A DNA stretch of 63,779 nt, counting the filler, from Folioceros fuciformis (taxonomy: Eukaryota): NCBI GenBank assembly GCA_049999805.1. It is 9 parts of 9 records of this genome, joined end to end, with 100 filler letters (N's around TTAATTAATTAA, not from the genome) between each part and the next. Parts side by side here need not be neighbours in the genome. Positions count along the whole stretch, not along the records: positions 7,649 to 21,348 come from JBNGIO010001997.1; 8 more parts are not named here. One strand, 5' to 3'. The notes under the pieces are model-generated. The model was not told the DNA's origin, ran no database searches, and saw nothing but the letters and a program-made list of their open reading frames with translations. Position 1 is the first letter of the stretch; each line of letters begins with the position of its first letter. Of this stretch, positions 11,104-21,448 are shown one piece after another. The translations under genes were made by a program, and so were the position numbers.

Positions 11104-13596
11104 ATGGATCGCGCTTTCGGGCGCCTGCTGCGCTCGCGGACTGCGCTCTCCCGCGCGGTCCGCCATGTTGCCAAGGTGCGCGTACGCGTCCCCCCTGCTG
11201 TCCGTGTGCATTCCTCGATCCCACCATGGATCGCGCCATGGCAGCTCTCTGTTGTTGCTTGCCCGTGTTTCCAGGGGGGCGATCTGTAGGCTGCAATTTT
11301 GCGCTCTGCTCTGTTGTGCTGTGATGGAGGCTCACGGTGTGGTTTGTCGATCTGTTTGCTTGCAGCCGAAGTCCAAGCCGGCGACAGCGACAGCTGTGCG
11401 ACATTTGTACGTGCTTTCCTCCTCAGGTGTGTGCATCCCTGGAAACGCTGACTTGTGATCTGCAGTCCGATCGTGGCTGTGGCATCCGGGGCTTTGGCCT
11501 TGGCTCATGTATTGTCCCTCTGTTCTCCAGGCACCGGGAGAGTTGGAGCTGAGCTAAGGTATGCTCTGTCAAGCTGAGGTGCGATGGGCCAGATGTCTGA
11601 CTCCGCCGTTGCTCATTGTTGGACTTGAATGGACGTGGAATGTTCGGCAGGGGGAACGCGCTTGTGTTTCAGCGAAGTGCTGCTTGGCAGGGATGCATCC
11701 GCAATTTTGCTTCCGAAGGTGCGCGCCTTGTGCTGTCTCCCGTTCTGGATGGTGGAGGAACCTGTGCTCGTGCCCTAATTCAGCAGTGTCAAGTTTGCAG
11801 GCGGTCCGTTGGATGTTGTGGTACCATTCATGGGGGATTCTGTGCCAGATGGAGTACTTGCGGCATTCCTGAAGCGTAGGTTCTATTTTCCTGGTTGTGG
11901 TTGATCTCTATTTGTGACCTGCTATGGTTTACCAGTGGCTTTGCGCGTGCTCTGTAAGTGCCCCCCCCCTGCACTACTGCTGACCTGACCGGTAGTTCAC
12001 CTGGGCTGAATTGCAGAGGAAGGAGATGCGGTGGCGGCTGACGATGTCATTGCGCAGATTGAGACGGACAAGGTGACGATTGATGTGCGCGCACCTGAAG
12101 CAGGCGTCATAGAGAAGGTATGTCGAGTGGCACTCAAGTATTTAACCTTGTTTCTGCTGCAGCTACGAGTTTTTTCACATTTACGGGGCGCATTCTGCAG
12201 CTGACAGCTAAACAAGGTGACACCGTGACACCTGGTACGAAAGTCGCCGTGATTGCTAAAGGCCAAGGCGGTGGGAAGCCTGCTGAGAAGAAAGCAGCAC
12301 CGAAAGCATCCGAAGCTCCTGCTAAGAAGCCAGAAGCCCCTGCAAAGAAAGAACAAGAGGCAGCACCACCTCCACCTCCTCCTCGTCCAAAGCCAGCTGA
12401 GAGTGCTGCATCACCTCCACCTGCTCGAGCGACTCCCAGTGAACCTCAGCTCCCTCCCAAGGACAGAGAACGAAGGGTAAAGCTGTTTTTTTTGCTATGA
12501 AAGATCTCTGGAGCGGGTTTAGCGCGATGCAAGTTTTGAAGCCCTATGAATTTCTGAATGTTTTAATGTTTGAAGTCAATGGCTGATCATAGATACCCAT
12601 GACGAGGTTGCGGAAAAGAGTTGCTACACGATTGAAGGACTCTCAAAACACATTCGCCCTCCTCACTACTTTCAATGAGATCGACATGTATGGTTGCCCC
12701 ACCTTCTGGTTTTTATGTTGTCTGAAAATATTTTCTTGTTCTCACAGGCTTGGTTTTCTGCAGGACTAATCTGATGGCCCTTCGTAGTGACTACAAAGAT
12801 GCCTTTCTGGAAAAGCATGGTGTTAAGTTGGGGTTTATGTCCGGGTTCGTCAAGGTGAAGCTAATTTTTTTTTTATGAGTTTACTTCGAGCACTCTTACG
12901 CTTTGGTTGAGCTGATGAGATGAGGGTCATACAGGCGGCTGTCAGTGCGTTGCAGCAACAACCAGTTGTCAATGCCGTCATAGACGGAGACGACATCATA
13001 TATCGGGACTACATTGATATCAGTATTGCGGTTGGCACTTCAAAGGTGAGTTTCGTTGGATGCCGTCTTATGAGGGGGCATAATATGCTTGCCTCCCGAT
13101 TATTTAAGAGCATGGCGATGTATCTTGCAGGGTCTGGTTGTGCCTGTTATTCGGGGAGCGGATAAGATGAATTTTGCCCAGGTTGAGAAAACTATCAGTG
13201 CCCTTGGGAAGAAAGCAAATGACGGTACAATCTCCATTGATGATATGGCGGGAGGCACCTTCACCATATCCAATGGCGGTGTCTACGGGAGCTTGATTAG
13301 TACTCCAATCATCAACCCACCTCAGGTATTTCTTAAAAAACTGTTCGCTGCTAAAGAGAAGTCCCAGCTCAAATTTTTCCTTAATCCACTTGCTTGTGAT
13401 GCAGTCAGCGATTTTGGGGATGCATTCAATCCAAAAGCGTCCTGTGGTTGTCGGGGCCAACATCGTTGCAAGGCCCATGATGTACATCGCCTTGACCTAC
13501 GATCACAGGCTTATTGATGGCAGAGAGGCGGTGTATTTTCTCCGTGCCATCAAGGATGTTGTCGAAGATCCTCGCCGGCTGCTACTGGATCTGTGA
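11104..13596 (+). CDS. DLST: Mitochondrial 2-oxoglutarate dehydrogenase E2 (dihydrolipoamide succinyltransferase), multi-exon
   Basis: Arg-rich presequence [12 protein letters not shown]; lipoyl domain [12 protein letters not shown]...[11 protein letters not shown]; Pro/Ala linker; [33 protein letters not shown]; catalytic [12 protein letters not shown] and RLLLDL*. GT-AG introns. Confidence 0.95.
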
Positions 13597-14031
13597 GGCG
13601 CTGGGCAATCATTCCTTAAGAACCTCCGGGTTTTGATAGTATATCTATCTGCAGAAATTGAAACTTTTTGTTTTGAGGGTAAAACGTCTGTGTTATGAGC
13701 AACCTGGTTCCGGAGCTCCGTGCGGAAAGGTATTCTTCCGTCTGTGTAACCTGGAACTTGCAAGAAAAAGTCCGTAGCCCTAATCGGACACTGTACAAGC
13801 CGACGCGCGGCTTAGAAGAGAACAGTCCAACAGTCGAAACTACGGCCATTTCCACTATGCACACGGACAGCTATGTTATATCAGACAGCAATCATATCCG
13901 AAACCAAAACTTCTCCACTACTGGCCATCACGATAACTCAACGCATGGCGCATGAAAGCTAGGCCATGCCACGTAAGTTCAAGGATCACACAAGATGTGT
14001 CCGCAGTGACTCAACTTATACATCCAACATC

Positions 14032-14783
14032 TCAGATCCCCTGCTCACTTAGGTAGTCACCAAGGCGCTCGACAACTACATTGCATTCACCAGGCTGGAC
14101 CGGTTCCTGGTAGACTCCAATAACCAACGCACTGTTGGTCTTCTTGACTGTAATCCCTCCAGAACCCTGGTGCAAACAACCAAGCCCATGAATACTCAAC
14201 AGCAAACACTCGATATTACAGATAACAACATTATCACCACCCGAGATTTTCCTACTTTTTTCCCGCGGACAACAGCACCGGACTCTCCCTGGATCACCAT
14301 GTACTTCTCGCCACCAAGAAGGAGGCCTGCCTGTGCGAGGGCAGGTACACCAACATCGGGATCCACTAAAGCTTTCACGATCTTTTCAAGCTCGCCTGGT
14401 TTTGCCTGACACAACAGCCAATCACTGATTAGGTTCCAGCACCGCAAGACCGGCAGTAGGGTTTTGAGGGAGTACATGAAGGGCAAGTCAACATGATCAG
14501 GATCTGCATCAAGGACCACTACCAGAGTAAGGCATCCGCAGCTCACAGCACGAAACAGCAACTACTCAGCACACTAACCAACCCTGCAAGTTGCCAACAG
14601 TAGCGCAGATCAAGTCCCCTCCAACAGCAGGAACGCATGGCAAAGGAAAGTGCGTACAGTGGGAAACGATGCGGACTGCGCCCAAACATTGCCATCCTGG
14701 CCGATGATGGCGGCACTGGTCAGACCGTGGCCGTGGCCAAGGTCACACATGAGGTGATCATCCACGTACGACTGCCACGACAT
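14032..14783 (-). CDS. PRF: Profilin, 3 exons
   Basis: Minus strand gives [14 protein letters not shown]...[18 protein letters not shown] / [24 protein letters not shown] / [10 protein letters not shown]...[20 protein letters not shown]. Confidence 0.96.
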
Positions 14784-16399
14784 GGTTAGCTCCTTCTAAA
14801 CCAATTCCTGTGCGCGGCAGAGAGGGTCGGCCGCTGGCAGGATGAAGGAGAGGGCGCGGAGATCAAGGGCGCGGGCGCGCGCGGAAATGCGGATGGAAGC
14901 GTGTGCTGCGTACTGAGCTTGGCAGTGAGAAGTGGCAGCGAAACTCCGGAAGAGACAGCCGATTCTCAGTCTTCGCACTGCTTCCAATATCACCAGTGGA
15001 AAGAGAAAAAGATGCAGCACTACCGAAGTCGATATTTTGCGGGGGAAGATATTCAAGCACTGCAACACCCTATGTATGTACTAGGGTCAAGTGACTACGA
15101 AACGGAGTCACGGCCCACGCGGGCTTTAACAGGAAAAGAAATAAGTTTTTCGCTCACACATATCGCAGTCCATCGTGCCTACTTCTGCACTCAAACAAAT
15201 CCTGTACGGGCACAAGAGGGCTGGATGGAGCAGTGGGTGCTGCATTCTGCATTTCTCGTGCCATTATTTACATTTTCTCGATTAATCCAACACTACCTTG
15301 CCCGACCTCATATGCTTCAATATGTAAGAATCCTTCAAAGTGTATGATATAAATTGTGGTTGTTCATTATCCTTCTATCTAAGCCTTAGAGTTTGATTTC
15401 CGTGCGGTGATTCTATGCTTTCACATATCACTCTTCAAGTAAGTTTCAAGCTTACAATACAGCTCCAACCTTGGATGTCAATACAATGCAACAAATGACC
15501 AAAAGGTAGCAAGTTTCAAGGAAACACCATAGTCACAACTTTCCTTCATTCCCAAGGTTGCCCGAAGTAAATATGGACGATATTTTGCATCTCTTAAGAT
15601 GTAGAGCATTTTCCATCACCCTAAGCAACAGAAAAAGATTATACTTCCAAGTCCCTCCATTCATAGCAATTTTTAGCTCATTATGTTTAGCACATTAACC
15701 AATGTGTGGAGAAAAAAAACCCAGTTGAAAACATATGCAAAGCCCAGCCAAAATCTGATAGCTAGCTAGCTTTCTTGAAGAGCAAAGGCGGACAGAGATG
15801 GATTCTTCAAATTTATGCCTACCTCAGGCACACCTGAAGAATTTCATAAAGTCACGTATCTACTCAAACACGTATGGTGGTTCCCCACCATGGAACTCTT
15901 CGCACCTACAAAGAAAACATAGTATGTGCCCGCTCATGGTGGTTGCCCACCATGGAACTTTGCAAGTACAGATGTATCCAGGTGACAGCAAACGCTTGAT
16001 GTACGTACGGTGACAGTGATGGATAGACGGAACGGTGTCGTGTGGGTCGGATGAGAGTAGGCGAAGTGTGTGGATCACTCCTTGGATGTGGATGCTTAGA
16101 GGGAAGGGCAGCGTGCTTGAGCATTTGAAGCACTTGCTTCGCGTGGTGGTTGGGGGGAGGAGGCTTGTTTTGTTGGTGTTCGAGAAGCCAGAGCTTGTCC
16201 TGGGTGTCTCGTATGATGAAGGCGCGCTCTTCTTCGTTCGGATGGTTCTCCCAACACTGGGCGGAGCATCCGGAACAGGAATCCCTTCATTCCGTGTGCT
16301 TACAGTTCAGGCGGAAGAAGGCGTTTTGAGGTTCCGGGCTCCCGCTTTCTCGTGTGGTCATGCTCTGAGACTGGAGCTGTGGCTGTAGGGATTCCTCGG

Positions 16400-19180
16400 A
16401 TGGATCAACTGGATGAAGCGAAGAAGATTGTGGATAATAATAGTGCAATGCTGCGCTTTGCAGCCATTGCAATGACAGACTGGCTTGGGTTACCTTCATT
16501 CCCTATGGTAGCCAGTGTTGCCCCTCCTCGTACTGGTCCGGTTCCGCTTTGTTCCAAATGCTGGGGAACGTCTAGGGCAGGGACTCGTGCCGTGCAAGTT
16601 CCTGGACTCCAGCCTGGACATGGGCTCGGCACCACTGCGTCGGCGGAGTTCCACCCATTGATGAAACTGGTGGAAGAGTATGTGGCTGGAGGTCAGTACA
16701 GGCTCGAAGGCTTCGGGAACAGGAAGCCGGAACCGCTTTTTCAAACTGTGCGAAAGCGAGGTGTGTCCAGTACCTCCCGCCGCCTTCTGCGGGGACTACA
16801 CCGGCTTGCATGCAGACATCAGCGGTAACCTCATGGTAGCTCGAACATTTCCCTGGATCTGGATGCTTAAATTACGCTGGAAGCATCTTGGAGCCTGTTA
16901 TGTGAATTCGATGGGGGTGGTGGTGTTGTTTCACAAGCTTGAGCAAGCGCCTGTGTGTGTTGTACCGTAAAAGGAATGTTGCCCACTATGATGCGTGTCT
17001 GTTTACAGGGACATGCGTGTTGGAGTACACGTCGTGCATCTGTCAAGTGGCGAAGAAGTATCCCTTCGGAGTCGTGCAATTTTCCCTCTGGCCAGCATCG
17101 CCAAGCTGCCAATCATGGTCGAGGCAGCTCTGCAGTTGCAGGAGTCAGAGGTGAGCTTGAGACGCTGCTGTTTAGTGGGAATCGGATGAGCTACCTTAGC
17201 CACGGCTAAAGGTTAAGTCTGATGTATCTACGACGATACTACACTGCAGGAAAGAAATGGCTCATTGAAACTGAACTCGGCCATCACTGTGAAAGAAGGA
17301 GATAAGTGCATTGGTAGTGGCCAACTGTGGAAGAGGCGCAGGTTTTGCGTGCTATGCAGGCCCTGCTTTCGCTGGAGTTCATAGTCTACTGTCCTGTTGC
17401 AGCATCTCGGGCTAATGCACTTTTGTGTTCTCCGTTGTGTCACTGCCAGTAATTCTAAAGTAAGTTTTGGAAAATGTTTGGAGCTCATGCAGACAATTTC
17501 TGACAACACAGCAGCCGACCTGGTTAGTGACACCTTGTCTTCTATTTGTTTCTTTTAAGTAGGCAGATTCTTGTTCAAACGAAATGCCTAGAAGCGATGA
17601 AACTTGTGTGTAAAGTTGTAGCTGTTTGATTTCAGGTGCTGCAAAGAGTAACCCTTCCCAGTGTCCAGCAGCGGATTGTGAATCTTGGCTTGACTGCAAC
17701 GGATATCTGTCTTTCTCAACGGCAGGTGACGCATGTTCTACTGTACTTCTGCTAAGCCACTCTATCGTTGGCGTGAATATCGAAGCAGTCGTTAGCCAGT
17801 GATGCTAGTCAAGCTTCTGTGCAATCCATCTTAACATCAATTTCTAATGTGTTAGCATTTTGGACTACAGGCTTACCTCGTGGCTATGGGCAAGGCTCCC
17901 AGTATGAAGGGGATGTCATCCCGGCAGATAGCCAATATGTATGTTCCGTAACAGGCAGTCTTGGGTGATCATTGTTTGCTCTTGTCGGTAAACAGCGTTT
18001 GTTTTCATTTCTCATCCTTTCCCCTGCAAGTATTTCATGTTTGCTCTCTTGTAGTTACGACGAAGTCGAAGTCAATTTTTTTTTGCTTCTCCTCTTGACA
18101 TGCTTTCTAGCTCAGGTGGAAAAGATTGACACCAGATGAACGCCTGCAAGTAGCGCAAGAAACCGAGGCTGCAAATAGAAATTTAAGCTTCCTTGAGTTC
18201 AATGGGATTGAGGTCTCTGCTGAGAAGTTACTGGAGGTACTGATTGTCAAGGCTGGTATTGATTGACACTGCTGGAACTGATTGACGGATCTGATTGACA
18301 CTCTGGGTACTGTCCACATGGTGGCGGTTATTATCTTAGTTGCTCACCACGTGTGGACGGCTGCAGTTGGAGAAAAGTTCCCGCAATTGGAGAGACAATC
18401 TAGCAGTTGCTGCAGCTGTGGACAACAGCGGCTCTCCTGCCGATATAGCACACTTACTGTCGATGCTGGCACGTGGAGAAATTCTTTCGCAAGCCTGGAC
18501 GAGCCACTGCTTGTCTATTCTCGCGAAACAGGTTTGCATTTCAGAAACACAAACTAACTTTTGCTGTCCCCAAACGACCTTCAGACTTCACGTGCATTCA
18601 ACTTAAGCTGCTTGTTTCTACTGATGCCTAGGAGCTTTCTGCATGTTGAACTCCCTTTGACCTCTGTTTGCTGCAATTGCTGTGACAAACAGAAATGTGG
18701 ACAACGACGGCTCCCATGTTACCTTCCTGAGTCCACCCCAATCTACCACAAGACCGGCAGGTAACGTCGTGATTGCAACCCCTTTTTTTTTCATCCTTGC
18801 TGTGAGGAAAGGATATCTATCCACTGCTCTACCGAACAATTCGGCAGTGTTTTGGTAAATCAGCGTTGCAGGGGTTGCACATGATGCTGGCATTATTCAA
18901 GTAGAAGGTGGACGTGATCATGTCGTTGTCTCGGCCTTTGTGGATCGCATCCAGCGGGTACGGCCAGGGTCCTTCTTTCCAGCTGTTTGGCGTCTTTGTG
19001 TTGTGGACTCATTGGGCGCCACGCCTTTGTCATATTTCTGAATGTTTGTTTGAACTTCTCATTTTTTCTCTGGGTTCTGTGCAGCATCGCGAGCGGGAAG
19101 CTGAGGCTGTTATTGCGCGAATCGGCCGCCTGATTTACAAAGCATACTCAACCCAAGAAATGCGCCCGAGAGCCGTCTAA
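16400..19180 (+). CDS. Class A beta-lactamase-like / PBP-fold serine hydrolase, ~11-12 exons; start codon uncertain (ATG 16400 or 16448)
   Basis: Hand-spliced GT-AG exons in consistent phase: ..16677, (16816-16824), 17009-17150, 17250-17341, 17450-17522, 17636-17725, 17871-17938, 18117-~18237, 18367-18531, 18693-18760, 18864-18957, 19085-19180. Motifs: FPLASIAK (SxxK 17094-17105), ISDNTAAD (17499-17507), DNSGSPAD, HKTGS (18750-18758), AHDAGII. Confidence 0.88.
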
Positions 19181-19353
19181 AGTAGACTTCGCGTTTCGCC
19201 CCCATGGGATTCTTGTACCAATTCTTGCCCACGTATGTGGCTCATTTTTTTGGTCAACTGTATATTCTGTAAGAACGAGCACTACCCAAATGGATTAACG
19301 GTATTCCGTCTGTAGTCCATTTGCCCAAACTACTCCAGCACCCTCTGTAGTCC

Positions 19354-21005
19354 ATGGCGGTCGTGGAAGCTCTGCCTATGCTTGTGGAGACCGACGAGTC
19401 TCGTTGTGAGGATAGAGCACCAAAACCTCTCCGTTGCCCTCCCAGTGAGTGTGCTAGTGAGGACCGAGCTCAGAAGCCTCTCTGTTGCCCTCCCAGTGAG
19501 TGTGCTAGCGAGGATCGACCTCAGAAGCTTGTCTGTTGCCCTCCTAGTGACGATGGAGCAAAGAAGCCTGTCTGTTGCCCTCCCAGTGAATCTGCTTGTG
19601 GAGATCGAACACCGAAGCCTCTTTCTTGCCCTCCCATTGCAGGAAGACAAGGGATAGCAATGGCCAAGGCACTTGCACAGACGAAATGGGAGGGTGAGCC
19701 CTGGGAAAAGCTGGAGTTGATACACAAGGAGATTCCCCTTGGTGCAAAGCCAGGATATGTGCTTCTGAGGATGCAAGCGCGGGGTATCTCGCATATCGAT
19801 ATAGATCTCATCCGCTTCAACCACTTCGCAAACACAAATGTTCCCCAAATTGTCCATGGTGTCGAAGGCCTGGGCGTCATAGAAGCGGTGTGCGAATTCT
19901 CGGGGGCCCACATGTGCAGCACAGTGTTGTTACGCATCTTTCGCCGTTTTGACTGTTGGATGTTGTCATTAGGTGGGAGATGGCGTGACTGGCTTCACAG
20001 AGGGCCAGAGAGTATGCCCTTTTCAGCTTCACAGATTCCAGGCCACAGGCCAAGGCACATGGCAACAGTATCTTGAGGTGCCTGCAACCGAAGCCTTTCC
20101 CGTTCCAGAGCACGTCACCGACGAGGTTGCAGCCCAGATCTTTGGAACTCCCTTCACGGTGGTCTCCCTCTTCGAGCAGCTGCAGATTCCCAAGGGCGAG
20201 TTTCTGATCCAAGCCGCCACCAACACTGTAGCTGGCAGGTACGTGCTCCTCTCTATCCAGGAAATGCTTAGTGCAGCTTCACGTGGTAAGGGGGTGGCGG
20301 TGGGTTGGTTTAGGATGGTTATCCAGTTAGCCAAACACCTCGGCATCAAAACCATCAGTATCATCAGAGGACTTCGAGGCGGCGTGAAGGAGGAACTGCT
20401 GGAGCTGGGAGCAGATGAAATTATCACAATTGCAGACGGTACGTACTCCCGGTGAACGCTACCCAGTCGAACCGATATCGTTCCATCCAAGCCTCTCAAC
20501 TGAAGTCCGTCGATGACTGTGTGCAGACATACCGGAGCGTGTGAAGCATATCACCGGCGGCAAGCTTGCTTATGCTGCTGTAGATGGAATGGGAGGAAAA
20601 CTCACACAGGTTCGGTTCATGAAATGCATCCGCAGCTAGCCACTCTCATGTTCCAGTTGTACAAACTTTAATATTTTTATGGCTTGGTGGGACTGTGGCC
20701 AACAGAGAGTGGCAGCTTCCGTGAGAGACGGGGGACAGCATTTCGTCTACGGGCTTCACTCTGGAAACGACTTCAACGTGCCGGGGTCTGAGCTAGCTCG
20801 GCATGTTAACGTCCGAGCCTGGTCGCTAGCCAGCCACTTGAAGACGCCTGGAGATTGCTACCGGCTTGGCAACATCGTACTGGACTTGTCCAAAAGTGGG
20901 GTTCTCCACCTTTCTGGCAAGAAAACGTTTGGATTGGAAGCTTTTCGGGACGCTATCAGAGAGTCGATGATAGCTAAAGAAAGCAAAGTTTTGATCGTTG
21001 GCTGA
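19354..21005 (+). CDS. Medium-chain dehydrogenase/reductase (enoyl-thioester reductase / quinone oxidoreductase-like), multi-exon, with a Cys-rich repeat N-terminal extension
   Basis: GxEGxGVIEAVGDGV motif (HGVEGLGVIEA|VGDGVTGFTEGQRV), GTWQQY, FLIQAATNTVAGRMVIQLAK, LLELGADEII, ITGGKLAYAAVDGMGG, and C-terminal KVLIVG*. Confidence 0.87.
19405..19636 (+). repeat. ~51-bp (17-aa) in-frame tandem repeat, 5 units: EDRxxKPLCCPPSECAS
   Basis: The tgccctcc core recurs five times (aagcct.tctgttgccctcccagtga in the best-conserved units); one unit is shortened. Confidence 0.92.
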
Positions 21006-21295
21006 AACTTTTGCACTCGTCCAGTTCCCTGAGTGGCTCCTTCAGCTACACAGGCAAATTCTGTTGCAGTAGGTGAGATGAGCTCGTGCTGGTTTTCATT
21101 CCTCCTGGCCGCGGCCACTGGCACTGTTCATCACGAAAGTCCAGCACAAAAAAATACACCAAGAAATTTTCAAATTTCGAGAGGCAGCGCTATAGAGGCT
21201 CACCTGTCTCATAACGGTATCCGGATGAAGGAATGATGCGTGCTTTCCAATGTGGACCCACACCGGCCTTCGCGTCCCAATCTGTAATCAGCGGG

Positions 21296-21348
21296 TCCCG
21301 ACTCCCAACTCCCGACTCCCGACTCCCAACTCCCGACTCCCGACTCCC
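21296..21348 (+). repeat. 7-bp microsatellite (ACTCCCR)n at a contig end
   Basis: tcccgactcccaactcccgactcccgactcccaactcccgactcccgactccc. Confidence 0.9.
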
Positions 21349-21448
21349 NNNNNNNNNNNNNNNNNNNNNNNNNNNNNNNNNNNNNNNNNNNNTTAATTAA
21401 TTAANNNNNNNNNNNNNNNNNNNNNNNNNNNNNNNNNNNNNNNNNNNN

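Noticed and set aside
15798-16388. ORFs upstream of the beta-lactamase-like gene
   Set aside because: No recognisable motifs and interrupted by stops. They may be promoter, UTR or an upstream exon, but this cannot be supported.
16400-19180. Bacterial contamination as the source of the beta-lactamase-like sequence
   Set aside because: About ten or more spliceosomal introns, and contiguity with plant genes on one contig.
19405-19636. Regularly spaced repeats as a possible CRISPR array
   Set aside because: Units are contiguous and degenerate with no unique spacers, no cas genes are present, and the context is eukaryotic.
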